Positions 12,001-25,700 of a stretch of 62,863 nucleotides of DNA are shown one piece after another. Source of the stretch: Rhizaria sp. SCN 62-66 (taxonomy: Eukaryota). The stretch lies in NCBI GenBank assembly GCA_001724265.1, contig MEDY01000146.1:1-62863 (forward strand). The letters are read 5' to 3'. Position 1 is the stretch's first letter. Every line of letters starts with the position of its first letter. The position numbers and the translations under genes are program-made. Under the pieces are notes generated by a model that saw nothing but the letters and a program-made list of their open reading frames with translations, did no database searches and was not told the origin of the DNA.

Positions 12001-15000
12001 TGAGTGGTGGTAAGAGGCGTCGCGTTATTTCGAAGCTGCGCACAGTTAGCTCTGTAGGCGATGCCGAAAGGTTTCCGCTACCGCCGCCAATTCTTCCGCC
12101 GGCTCACATTTATGCTGACCAAGACGAGGCAGACGAGGAGTGTGATAATAATTTGAGTGAGTTTGAGAACATGCATGTAGCTGCTTCTGAAACTATGTGC
12201 GGCTCCAAGCCCACACCCACGGCAAATAACTTTGACACCGGCTCCGGAGCTACTAAGCTCCAGAGTAGATATGCATCGCCTGTTTTTGGTGCAGTGACCA
12301 TTTTGGATGAGAGTTTGTCGCATCTGCCAACATCTCCTGGCCGTGACAGTCAGCGTCAGGCGCTGCTTGCGGCAAAAGCAAACGCGCCTTTCATGCGTCC
12401 AAGTCTCCGTTGGCCCACAACAACCACGATCAAGACGGCAGTTAGAAGCAACAGTCCGTTAACACAGCAGCAACAACTGCAGCAATTGCCGCATCAAAGA
12501 CAGTCACCATCAGTTAAACCGTTCTTACATCCGCAACAACATTATTATCCGCACTCGCTTGATGTGAGTCGTCCCGACGACGATACCAGTAGTATAAGCC
12601 GTCCCAGCGCTCAAGGGAATGCATTTTCTCCGAATGATGAAGTATCATGGCGTAATGAACGTGCAATGCGTGCGTCAGCGCATCTTACGACACTGTCATC
12701 CTGTGCTAGTACCGCTGACATTAATCAATGCAAGACTTCTAACCTTGTGGTAAATCCACTTGCACTAAGAACAAACAATGTGGCTTCTGTTGACTCAATT
12801 GCGCCTGAACCTGAGTTTGAGCCCAATGTTTATGCTGATACTAGAAATGAAGATAGCCACGATGACGGAAAAGATGGTGGTGTCAACGCAAATTCATCAC
12901 CGTCTACTATTATGGACAGTGATGACGCAGATGGTCTACATATTCCTTCCAGTATCATCGAACATGATGAGAATAATGAACATAGCATGAGCGGCAATGG
13001 TGATGCCTCTCACCGTGCCCGCAAGACTGTATCTTCTTCTGACAACCATGAATCATTTGCAACCCCAGTGATGCTGCAGGTACGGCAGCCAGAGGAAGAG
13101 CCAGCAGCTTCAACAACGCAATTCTCAAACACCCGCATTATTGTTCCGTGTTAAGCCTTCCGGGAGTAGCCACAACTAATACGCGAGGTGACAAACCATC
13201 GTTTGCGGATGAGGACGGCACTGATTTAGCCCTATGTAAGTTTGAACCAATCGACGTGTGCGACCCTGCCCTCATTCTCGATGATTTTGCTGTGGACATG
13301 CGTTACAGGCTTGACAACGCTGACATGGCAGAGGGCGTGTACGCAGCCGAGCTTGCAGCGGCCACGCGCGGCAAAGAGCATGAGCTGACCGTTTGCGCGA
13401 AGTGGGTTGCACTCTTTAGCCACTATCGAACAAGCGGTGGCGACTTTGACGACGCGCGTATTAAGGCAGCCGCCAAAAAGCATGTGGCTGCGGCCGACTC
13501 AAGCTACGAAATTGCAAACGTGCTGCAGGACGCGGCTGACATGGAGAACGCTTTCTCAGTCTCTTGTGAGTCTGCGGAAACATTATATGATGCCGAGATA
13601 TTGCGAGAACAGACAATCCGCTATGAACGCACACTCGAGCGTGCGCGGGCCCACAAGCAACTTATGTGGTACCTTGCGACATACGGTGACAAGAAAGGCA
13701 AGGAGATGTTTGAAGTTGCCCGAGAACAGCGCGCAAACGCTGTGAAGCCGCGTCTTACGCGCGCTGAAATGCGCAAACAGCTTTATGCTGCAGAACATGC
13801 ACTAAACAACGTCTTTTCTGAATTTGCTGGATACATCATCACTGCAACCACCGTCGTTATGTTCATGATTCACCCGAACATCACGAGACAATTCTTTATG
13901 GTTTTGTCCTGCAAGAGCATCGGTGGCACCGCAGATCCTGGAGCCAAGTTTATGTTGGGCGACCTTAGCGAGCCATGTTACTCGTCATATCATGTATTGT
14001 TCATTCTTGTCCTGGGCGTGCCCATGCTCATCCTTTGGGTCATCGGGATTCCGCTGTTTACCTGGGGCATTTTGTATCGCAACCGCGCACTTATCCAGAC
14101 ACCACCCACCGGTGCGTCAGACATTATGCGGGCACAAAAGAAAGTGTTCGAGTCGCAGATGGCGTTCCTGTACCGAGGTTACAAACCCACGCGTTACTAC
14201 TGGTTCCTACTCGAAATGTTCCGCAAAGCTGCACTTGTTGCTATCGCGGTATTTTTCCCTGGCGCGCTGCACACACAGCTTATGATGGCGTCACTGCTCA
14301 TTTTTGTATGTATTCTTGCGCAAATCTTTGCCAAGCCGTTTGAGAATCGCATTCCAGGTGCCGTAGAGTTTCTCTCGCTGGGTACATCTTTTATGATCTT
14401 CTTTCTTGCCAACTTCCTCTTTGTTGACACAATCTCACACACTGCCAAGGTTGTGGCGACAATTCTAATTTGCGTGCTTGTTATCTCTTTCTTTGTCATC
14501 GTTGTTGCAGCGTTTGTGGTTCTTCAGCGTGAGGAGCTGCAACTGGCACCGTTACGCCGTCAGCTACGCGAAGCATACATTCTCGGCCATGATATCCCAC
14601 AAGTGATGCGCAGGTGGCGACAAGACCAGCTCCGTGAGCGCAAGGAACGCGAGACTAAGAAAGCTCTTGCTGCTACCAAGCACACCACGTCCACAGCCGC
14701 AGCTGTTGTCGCTGCGGCCGCCACGGTCACAAGTATAATGAACGGGCATACATCTGAGAATGAGGCTAAGGCCGTTGCGCGCCGCGGCCACGACGAGGTG
14801 CTTGTGCTTGGCACTGGCGCCACCCTTGCTTGGGCCCGTACGCTTGACCTCGTCCGTGACGATGCCACGCATGCGAGCGTCGGCGTGGAGGCGCTGATGC
14901 GCGAGGCGACGTTGACTGCGGCAGCAGATGCGGCGAATCGGGCCACTGGCGAAGGCCGCGAGCTTGGCGCCAGCGACGGTGGTAATGCAGCGGAAGATGC

Positions 15001-15091
15001 AATTGCAACCGCAAAACTGAGGCGTTACCAGCAGGATGCCAACCCAGAGATTGTTGTGAATCTCGCATCACCGCCTCTGTATCTACCCTAA
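2..15091 (+). CDS. Giant multi-pass membrane/cell-surface protein (about 5,000 aa, 5'-truncated): beta-rich region, two-Cys repeats, 8 Sushi/CCP, Ca-binding EGF, IPT/TIG, Cys-rich CxxC repeats, multi-TM C-terminus; has one in-frame TAG and two apparent frameshifts
   Basis: ORFs 20..316, 285..6158, 6198..13154 and 13148..15091 form one continuous coding-like run. 285 and 6198 share a frame and are separated only by TAG 6156-6158. Sushi C..YxC..C...W....P.C x8 (~6810-8540); CSDINEC...CINTFGSYIC (~8540-8655); IPT-like LTVTGSGF and IELTGQNFG; CxxCPxG repeats (~10060-10450); GHTGNLCAVC then TMs (~11230-11600 and ~13820-14525) with FLYRGYK..YYW. Ends TAA. Confidence 0.85.
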
Positions 15092-16725
15092 ATCGAACAT
15101 GACAACCACCACATTAAAGGTATCCATAGATTTATCCTTCTACATGCATCGTCGAGTGTGTTTGTTTGTGTAATTTCGAACAATAAGGAGTTTGTTGCCG
15201 AATGTAAATTGTTGCATGCTGCGCGGCATTACACATATATATCGCGTTATTCTGTTTTGGATGTTGTTTTCTATTTGTTTTATCAAAAAATAATAGTCAT
15301 TCGCTGACTGTTTTGAATTATTCTGGGTTCAATACTTATTCTTGATCGCCTCCTTTGTGGCCTAACTGTACATGAAGCTTGAAATCACTCAAGTGTTTGT
15401 TTGCGTTCCAACGAAGATTGTATTTGCTATGAACTCGTTTTTAATTTCTTATGTAAGAATCATCAATCGGCCTAAGCTGTGCCAGTGCGTATAAGTGCTA
15501 TTCGTGTTGACAAGATACGCTATTCTTGCACAACATAAACGGCTGGCGCACACCACACCACACCACACCACTCCACACGTCGCTGCTTTCATGCATTGCG
15601 GTATATTGTTTATTGTTTGTTCGTTTGTTTTTGTCTAAATGTTGTGTCGTCTGGCAGTATATACGTATTGCTCCTGCTTTCCTTCCATCATGCTGGTTTG
15701 TTGTTTGTTTGATTTTTCCCCCTTACAAGTTTGTTTATAATGACAGGTACCTTCGATCACTATGTGGAAATCGCTTCATTCTCAACGTAACTACGTGTAG
15801 GTATAAATGGTTTCTGAGTTCCATGGTATGCTGTTGCTGCATTTGATATGTTCCTGTAACCGGACGAATCCTTATTGAGCATCAAATGTTGCTTTCCGTC
15901 ATCTCGTAGACTGTATTTTCTATTGTTGTCTGTATATTTTTTCATGACATTTTCTTGTGTCCAAATTTTCTCAATGACTTTAAGTTTACGTTATTTAGTG
16001 AAAATTACAAATATTCTCTCCGCCTGTGCAGCCGCTGCACCACGTCAAGGTGAACTGAAAATACATTTTTGTACACCAATATGTGTAATCATCAAGCGAA
16101 GCGTAATATTCCTGAGGGTATATACGGATATATTACATACTTTTCACCCCGAACTGTCGGCTATTGGTGTGCTTCATGACACTGATGTGACGATCACATG
16201 GTCATAGGTTACGAACAAAAACAAGTCGTAACGCGGAACCAATCAAATCGAAGAGATATGATGTGAAGAGCTAAGGTATATGCAGCTAATACACATTGTT
16301 TACGTTTTAAAATAATCTGTCATATAAGAAAACACTGCTTAATTTTGTGTCGCCCGCTGGCAAAACGTCGGCAAAATTCGAAAGTCCTTGTTTTGAAATC
16401 CTCTTGTTGATGTCTGGTGGTGCGAGGCGAGGCTGATCACGACTGATAGTCGCTGACGTGACGTGACCAAACCAATGGGCGAGATATGGCGATTCCAGAG
16501 TCGGAATAATGGCCAACTTCTACGCGTCATTACAGAGATTCTGAATGATGTTAAGAGTCTAAACTAAACGGGATGTATTAATCATAAATTAGATTTTAAT
16601 TTCAACATGATAAACCTTGTCAACGAAGGGTCCGAAATCTTACCACCAACGCATCGCGCGACCCGACCACCCTCTCATCCGCTGCATCTTGTCATCTTTT
16701 TCCCCTTCATTGTCTTCCTGCTCAG

Positions 16726-19700
16726 ATGGACTTACCGCCCCGCGGACCCCCTCGGGACGGCGCGACTTCGGATCACCCCACCGCGACCGACACCTCCGAT
16801 CTCTCCTCTTTACTGCGCGTTGATAGCGCGCTCCATTTCTTCGGCTCTGCCCCTGCCCCTGACGTCCGCAACGCCGCCACAGACGCATCCGCGCCCGCCG
16901 CCGCTGCTGCAGCCGTCGCGGGCATGTCCCCAGCGCTCCGCCGCAAGGCCTCGACACAGGACTTGACCCGTCTCGGTGTGAACCTCGGCTTCGCCAATCT
17001 GCCCTCGGCCGCGTCAGTCTCAATCCCAGCCGCGCTCGCCTCGAGCGCTGCCAGCAGCAGCGCCAGCGCGGCCAACGGGGGTTCGATCTCCAACGCCGGC
17101 TTTGTCAATGCAGCGGGGTCCTCGCTGGGCGTGCCACCCGCGGCTTTCCCGCCGAGTGTCACTGGAGGTTTCCAGGTCATTCCCCCTTCTGCTTCTTTCT
17201 CCACCCCTGTCTTCAACAGCACCAGCAGCATGCTGCCCCCGACCGTCGTCGCCCCCTTTGGCAGCGCCGTGAAGCCCTCGCGCCCCACCCTTAGCGTGAG
17301 CACCTGCGCCGGTCCCGGCCTCGCTGGCGGGCTCGGCTCCCCTGTCTACGGCCCTACCGCCGCCGCCACAGACTCCGATCCTTACCAGCTGCAGTACCAA
17401 CAGATCCAGCAGCAACAACAGCAGCAGCTGCAGCAACAGCAGGCCGTCGCCAACGCAGCCATCGCGCTGGAGCGCAAGGCCCTCTCGCTGCGGCAACGCA
17501 TCACTCACGCTTTCCCCCAGGTCGCCCCGACGCTGCGCACCAACGTGTACGTAGCGGACCGCGTCGGCAACATCCTCACGCGCGACACCATCCTCAAGTC
17601 GGACCACGTGCCTCAGGCTGCGCTGGACCTAGTGGGCGCAGATGACGGCGACGGCGCCTCCGCCCCCGCGGCCGCCGCCGCCGCCGCTGCGGGCAAGAAT
17701 GCTGCGTCTAAGGGCAGCAAGAGCAGCAGCCGCCACGGCGACGACGACGACGACAACGACGACAACCCGCGCAAGGGCACCGACGTAGCTGACAACAGTA
17801 ACAGCAGCAGCGGCATTGGCAGCGGCACCGCCAGCGCGGGCGGCGTGGCCGGCAAAAGCAAGGGCGCCCGCAAGCTCGCTCTCAACACGAGCGCGGGCGT
17901 CACCGCCGCCGCCGCAGCCGTGGCCGCAGCCGCCAGCGCCAACATGCAGGAGGTCTGGGGCGCGCCCAACTTCCGCCAGCTACCCGGCTCAGCGATCGCG
18001 GCGACTGCGCAGCCCACGGCGGCGGGCGTGCGCGCCGTACTCAACATGATCCGCGTGCAGCAGCGCCGGCTCGCGCGGCAGAAGCGCCAGGAGGACGAGG
18101 CCGCCGCGGAGGCCGCCGCGGAGGCCGCCGAGCTCGCCCAGTCCGGCGCCAGCGCCGACGCCACCGCAGCGGGCGCGGGCGCGGGGTTGAGCCGCGGGAA
18201 CATACACAGCAGCAGCAGCGCGAGCATTCGCAGCACGCGCAGCGCCCGCGGCGGCGGCGGCGGCGGCGGGCGGCGCCTGCCGACGCGGCTGCGCGTGCAG
18301 TGGATCAACGTGCGCGAGGAGCCCGTGCTGTACATCGCGGACCGGCCGTTCGTGCTGCGCGAGCTGGAACACCCGCTGCGCAACCTGGCCGACTTCCAGG
18401 GCATCAACCCGGCGCGCCTCAACAAGGTCGAGGGCTCGCTGTGCGCCGACGTCATCGCTGAGGCGGCCGAGCGCGGCGGCAACGTCATGATTCACGACGA
18501 GGACGAGAAAGGCAACATCAAGCCCTGCTGGGCCGCCATCGGCGCCTTCGAGGAGGTCGGTTCCGGCTCCGACTCTGACCGCGACCCCGACGACGGCCCC
18601 CACGACGACGATGAGGATGGCGCGCGCTACGACGACCGCTCCGGACCCGGACACGTCACCACGCCGCACCGCGCCGGACTCAGCGCGCACGCGCGGCCGT
18701 TCGCGAACCTCTGGGGCAGCGGCGCGAACCTCGCCGCGCTCGCCGCCGCGGCGACCCCGGCCCGGCCTCCGCACCAAGGCCAGGGCCACCACGCGCAGCA
18801 CCTGCCCGCGAGCGTCTCCCGCGGCGCGAGCGCGAGCTCCAGCTTCGGCGGCCCCACACCGTCGCGCGTGCGCGGTGAGCGCTCGGTGTTGCCCGACGCG
18901 TCTGCGAGCCGCATCGCCAAGACGGGGCTCAAGCCGGTCGGCAAGCTGCAGGTGCAAACTGCGGGACAGATGTTCGAGACGCTCTCGCGCGAGGAAGGCT
19001 ACAACGTGTTCCTGACGCGCGTGCCGCTGACAGCGGACTCGGCGCCGCGCCCGCGCGACTTCGACCGGCTTGTGGCGACGTTCCTGCAGCCGTTCAAGAC
19101 CATGACAGCGGACGAGGAGGTGTTTTACGTGTTTAACTGCCAGATGGGCCGCGGACGCTCCACCACGGGCATGATCGTGCTCGTCCTGCTGCAGTCGTGC
19201 ATCATCGGCTTCCCCGAGAACGTGTGGCCGCACGACACGGCCATCGCGCCCTCGCTCGACGCCTTCCTGCCGCTGCACACGGCCGCCAACAGCGCTATCG
19301 CCACCGCTGCCGCGGCCGCTGCCGCGGCCACCGCGGCGGGCGCCGCGCCCGAGGTCGCTGCGGCCGCTGCGCGCGCGCACACGCTGGCCGGCGCGATGGC
19401 CGCGACGACGGCGCGCCGCAACAGCCTAAAGGGCGCCGGCGCGGCCGCCGCCGAGGCGGGCGCGATCTCCACCACTGGAACCGCCACCGGCGCGAGCGTG
19501 GGTGCAAGCCCGAGTGTGGTGAGCAGTAACGCCACGGGCATCAGCGCCGACGGCAGTGCGGTGGACGCCATTGCCGCGGCCTCGGCAATGGCCAACCCTG
19601 CGCTGCCGCTGCCGCCCTGGATGGTCCCCAAGCAGCAACAACACGGTGACGCCAGCGCTGGCGCGGACGCTAGCGGCGGCGACAAGGGCGGCGGCGGCAA

Positions 19701-22700
19701 GGCGGGTATCAAGAAGAAGGGCAAGAAGGCCACCGCCGCCACCGCCGCCGCGACCGCTGCGGCCGATTGCGCGAGAGAGGCCGAGTCCAGCCGCGGCGCG
19801 GCGACGATGCGCGAGTTCACCGCGATCGACACACTGCTGCGCCTGCTGCGGTACGGCACGGCCGTGCAGGCCGAGGTGGACCTCGCCGTCACGCTCTGTG
19901 GCGGCGTCGTCGACATCCGCAAGGACGTGTACCGCTACGTGCGCCGCGTCGAAGAGTGCCAGTCGGTCGAGCAGCGCGCCGTGCTGCAGGTCAAAGCGCA
20001 GGCGCGGCTGCGGCGCTACATGGCCATGCTGTGCTTCCACGAGTATCTGCGCGAGATGCAGCTCACCGTGCTCACCGTCGCCAAGACAGAGCTCTGTGAC
20101 AGCACCGCGGCGGCTGCTGGCGACGTGGCCGCCGCGGGTGACGAGAGCTGCGGTGCGGTGCCGCTGCTGATCCGCTTCATCCCGATGTTCTTCGCGGCGC
20201 TGCACGCGACGAGCTTCGAGACGTGGCTCAAGAGGCGGCCCGAGGTCGAGCGGCTGCTGCAGACGGCGGACATCACGGTGGACCCGACGCCGAGCCAGCT
20301 GCACACCTTGACGCCCGCGGACAAGCTCGTGTTCCAGCGCACGGGCTCGGTACTCTCGGCCAAGGCGGTGCTCAAGCACGACGGCGCACCGCTGCGCTCG
20401 CACCTGCCGCCGGCCGCGCTGCTCGCACACTGCCTGGGCGAGGAGCCCTCGCCCGTGGGGCTGCCTGCCGTAGGCCGCGAGAGCAACCTGCTGCGCGGCG
20501 CGTCCGTGCTGGTGTCGAGCGGGAACCCTTCGCTGCTGGCTAGCGTGTTCCTCAACCCGACGATCCCGCGCCCGCTCGCGCGCGTGCTGCGCCGCAGCGA
20601 CGACGACCTGCTCACGCTCGCTGGGCTCCCCGTGCTGCGCGCGCTGTCGATCCTGCCCTTCGCGGCTCTCGCTCAGCCCTCGGCGCGCGGCGTTGCCACG
20701 CTGCTGGCACTGGCGTGCGGCGCGGCCACCTTCGTCGAGTCGAAGCGCAACGACCACGCGGTCACGCTCGTGGTCGCCAGCGACTGCGGCACCGAGTGCG
20801 TCCGCAGCCACAACAAGGCCATCCTCGCGGCCGCCGCGGCGACGGCCAGCGCTAGCTCCCACTCGGAGCACGATGCCACGAGCGGCGCCCTCCCCGGCGC
20901 GGTCGGCGCGGGCGCGGGCGCGGGAGCCGACGCGGGCCCGGGCCCCAGCGTGCTGCTCGAGCGCCGGCCCTCGCTGGGCAGCCCCGCGAGCGAGACGCCG
21001 CTGGTGCCCGGCGCGCTCTCCGCCGCGGCCTCCGCGGCCAGCACCGCTGGCGGCCCCGCCTCCGCCGCCACAAGCGGCGCTGCGGCGTTACCGCAGTTCG
21101 GGCTGTCGCACATGCCCAGTCTGCTCACCACCTTCACCAACAACACCATCGCCCACAACGCCATCGCCAGCAGCACCAGCAGCGGTAACAACAGCAGCAG
21201 CGGCGGCTTCGGCGTCGGCGTTAACGGCAGCGCGGACGGCGTGCACAGCGAGCTGCCCCAGTCGGCCGTTCGCGCGCTGCAAGACCTCTCGCAGGCGCCT
21301 AGCACAATCTGGATCAACGTGCGCGAGGAGCCCGTGGTGTTCATCATGGGCGAGCCCTTCGTGCTGCGCGGCGTCATGCATCCGTTCCAGCCCATGAAGG
21401 AGTTCGAGGTCGGCGTGCGCGCGCCCGTGGCCGAGGCCGTCGAGGCGCGCCTCAAGCAGGACGTGCTCGCGGAGGCTTCGGAGACGGCGAACCGGCTCGT
21501 CGCCAACGCCAATGTCGGCACCAACATCAACTGCAACAACGCGGAGGAGAGCAAGAGTGATACCGACGCGCGGCAGTCCGAGGGTGGCAACAACAAGAAC
21601 GCTAAGCCCGACGCGGACCGCGCGGTCTCGGGCGCTAGCTACTCCAGCTCCAGCTCGAGCTCGAGTGAGAACGCCGCGGTGACCGAGGTCTCTGCCTCCT
21701 CACCGATTACTGCGACGGCGCAGACTGCGACCGCTAGTCTGAGCACGGGCGCGCTGCTGGTGCACGAGGAGCTCCCGGGCCGCGTGGTGCACCCCGTGCT
21801 GTTGTCGCAACTGCCCACGGCCGACGCCGTGCAGACGCCGCGCGAATTGTTCGAGTCGCTCAAGGCGCGCGGCATGGCAGTTGACTACCACCGCGTCCCG
21901 CTCCACGTCGAGGACACGCCCGGCGTTGGCTCCTTTGACTCGCTCTTCGACATCCTCGACGGCGCGTTGGGCGGCGCGCGCTGCGAGCGGGTCCCGCGGT
22001 CGGTCGACGCCGGAGACGAGACGCCCACGCCCAACGTCGTCATTAACTGCCACCAGGTACGAGAGCCAAAGAGTTCATATGAATGAACACATTTCAAGTT
22101 GATCGATCATAGGAGGTCGTATTCTTTAAACACCCTGTATCTTCGCTGTGTATCTTTTTGTTTCTTAAAATCACCCACTGTTCCTTATTTGTATTCGCAT
22201 ATATTTTTTCTCTAGGGCGGACGCCGCTCGACCATCGGCCTGGTTGTGGCGACTTTGATTGCTCTGCACAACCGCCGCTTCGCCGTTGTGCAAAAGGACT
22301 CCGAGGGCCGCGTCATCTCGACCTCGGCGGACTCGGCCACGCAGCCCACGTCGACCGCGGCCGACGCCGCCGCGGACGCCGCCGCCGCCGTGGCCGCCGC
22401 CGCCGCCGCGACCGCGGCCGCTGTGGTGGTGAGCACCGACAGCAACGCTATCGACGTGGCGACGCTGCCGCCCGTGGCCGCTCCCACGGTCTCCCAGCCC
22501 GTTCACAGCGCCCACGCGCACGGCCACGCGCCCCACGGCCTCGGCCACAGCCACAGACTCTCCGGCTCCGGCGCCGCCGCCCTCAACGCCACCGCCGCAG
22601 CCGCGACTACCGCCGGCAGCGTCAGCACCAGCAGCGGCAGCGGCAGCGCGCCTCCGTCGCCGGCCATCGGCGGCCGCCACGGCGCCGCGGTGACGGCGGC

Positions 22701-25700
22701 GCACCAGCGCTCGAAGTCGCCCACGCCGTACCGCCGCTACAGCATCGACGCCAACGCGGCCGAGCTCGACACCCCCGTCGGCACGAACGTGGACCTCTTC
22801 GCATGCCCGCTGACCGTGGGCGGCAACCCCAACGCCGGCGGCGGCGGCAGCGGCAGCGGCAGCGGCAGTGGTAGCGCAGCGGACCCGGCGGCGCGCACGC
22901 TTGCGCGGGCGAGCGGAAGTCCGCTGTTAGCGGGTGCGCGGGCGCGGTTGCTGCAGGCCACCAGCGACGACAACATCGCCGCCACCGCGCAGAACACCAT
23001 GACGACGAGCATCACTCTGGAGGACGTCACCTCGGCCGAGGACGCCAACGGCGAGTCTTTCCTGCTCCCGATGCTGCCGCTGCCCGCCTCCTCCAGCGCC
23101 AGCGCCGCCGCCGCTGCCCGCGCGACCGCGGCGAACATGTCCCCTTCCGCGGGGATCCGTTCCTACTACGCCACGTCCGCGGCCACGCCCAAGTTCTCGT
23201 CCTCGTCCTTCTCGGTCCCCTTCGTGCCCGCCAGCAGCCCGGCGCCCAGCCCCCCGCTGGCGCCCGCCGTGCCCGCCGCGGTGTCGCTGCCCGGCTCGGC
23301 CTCGGCCACCCCCGCCGACGTCTCCGCCGCCTCCACCGCCGCCGCCACTGCGGCGGCGCACGGCCATCACGTCAAGCGCGGGGTGGGCAGCCCGGACCTG
23401 CTGCCGCTGCCCGTCGCCGCAGTGCACATCACCACGCCCGCCGTGCGCGGCGCTCGCTCGCGGCCGATGACCAGCAGCCTCACCTTCGCCGCGCCCGGAA
23501 GCAGCGACAGCGCGGCGGCTGGCAGCGGCGACGCGCTGCCCGCGATGCCGTCGTTGTCGCTCGCTATCACGGAGCCCGACGCCGCGTCTCCGAACGCCGC
23601 CACTGGCAGCGGCGCTGACCTGGGCGGCAACACCGACGCCGCCCACGCGGCGCTCGCCGACGCGGGCAGCAACAGCAGCAGCAGCAGTGCGAACGCTCTG
23701 GCCCCCGCGACTGCGACGTCCGCGGCGGCGGGCAGCACGAGCGCCGCCGCGTCGCCGATGGCCGCGCTGGCGTCGCCGACAACACTGGCGCACTTCAACT
23801 CGCCGGGCGGCAGCGAGACGCTGGAGCGCTCGCGGCGCGGCATGCACCGCGCGATTCTGCAGCTGACGCGCGTGCTGCGGCGCGGGCGCGCGGTCAAGGA
23901 GGAGCTTGACCTGGTTGTGGACATCTGCGGCGAGCGCTGCAACCTGCGCGACTCGATTGCCACGGCCATGGCCGAGGAGTCGTCGCTAGCCGGCCGCGAG
24001 AGCGAGGAACGCACGCTGCGCGCCGCCAAATACCTCGAGAGCTACGCCATTCTGATCATCTTCAACGCGTATCTGCGCGAGCGTAGCTACGCGCGCGAGG
24101 CCTTCGCCACTGCGCACGCCGAGGCCGTGTACCTCGGACTGCACCCGGAGCTCGTCGTCGCCAAGAGCAACAGCAACATCGCCGTGCACATCGAGGGCAA
24201 GACTGTGGTGACGCTCGAGAAACTTCACAAGCTCATGGCTGAGGTACGATGCGAAGCAATTCCAATTATCTCCTTCGACTATCACCCTAAAATTGTATTA
24301 TTTTTTTTTTTGTTGCGTAATGTCTGCTCTTTTATCTTATCTTGACATTGTCTCATTATAACTCCTCGTATTTCTCGATTGTACTTTGTATTCCTATAGG
24401 ACGAGACCGGCGACTTCGCCCGCGCTCTGGAGCTCACCGTTAGCACCAACAACGTCACCGCCACCGCGATCAACAAGACCACTCTCGAAGGCATCGCCAT
24501 GAGCGCGTTCGCCTACCCCAGCTTCTCCCAGTGGCTCGCGGGCCGCGCCGAGCTGTCGGGGATCATGGAGCACGCGCGCGCCTACCCGGCCGCTGCGGTG
24601 GCTATGGACCCGGGCTACGCACAGGACCCCTTCGCGCCTATCTACGAGTCGCGCAACGGACACGTACTTGGCCGCGGCAGCATCCTCAAGTCGGACATCT
24701 TCGCAGGCATCAACAACGACAAGCTGGAGCTCATCTGCCGCGGCTCTTGCAACTTCCGCCGCGCGCAGCCCTTCCCCGTCTGCGGCACCGGCATCCCCAC
24801 GCTCGAGGGCCTCGAAGGATTGCTCTCGTACTTCACGGCGCTGCTGCCCGATGGCACGCCGCCCGCGCTGGCGCCGCTGGGCACGTCCCCGCGGCAGCCG
24901 CTGCAGTTCACGCACGTCGTGTGGCTCAACTTGCGCGAGGAGCCCATCGTGTACGTCGAGGGCCGTCCGTTCGTGCTGCGCGATCACGCGCGGCCGTACG
25001 CGAACCTTGAGCACACGGGCATTAATGTGCGGCGCGTCGAGGCGATGGAGAAGCAGCTGAAGCGCGACACGCTGCGCGAGGCGCAGCGCTGGGACGGGCG
25101 CATCCTGCTGCACGACGAAGACGCCGGCGGTAGCATGTACGCCGACTGGGTGACGGTGCCCGGCGAGCAGGTGATGAAGAGCAGCAAGTGCGAGGTCGAG
25201 GCCATCGCCAAGGCACAGTCGACGCCTTACGTGTCCACCGACGATGACGAGGACGACGACAGCAACGACAACGAGGACGACGACGACGCCAACGCGGATG
25301 GGACCGCGAAGAAGCACTCCCGCAACCCGTCGATGCACCGCTCTACCTCTGCGGCGGGCCAGGCCAAGAGCCCGTCGCCGAGCGCGGCTTTTCCCGTCAT
25401 CTCTGCGCTGGCGGGGCCGCGCGCGCTGCTGCTGCCTGAGCAGTACAGCGGCGTGCTCACGGCGTCGGACGCCTGGACCGTCCAGATCGCCCGCGTGCAG
25501 GTACGTTGGAAAGATCAATATCTCCCAATGATATGTGCACATCTTGAATTTATTATGCTTAATCATGTTTTTTGTTGTGTTCTAATTCCATTTTTTGTAA
25601 TTTACTTCTAATGTCACTTCTCTAACCCTCTTATCGTTCTCTTATTCACTTGTATCGCATTATTTTGTTTCCCCCCGACTGCAGGCCCGTCTGCGCGCGC

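Noticed and set aside
13080-13169. Intron starting at CAG|GTACGG to explain the frameshift
   Set aside because: The nearby acceptors checked give the wrong frame, and the region reads as coding in the shifted frame
15549-15577. (CACCA)n microsatellite
   Set aside because: Short simple repeat with no further structure
16236-16480. CCAAT and TGACGT promoter-like motifs upstream of the paladin-like gene
   Set aside because: Short motifs with no TSS data; cannot be distinguished from chance
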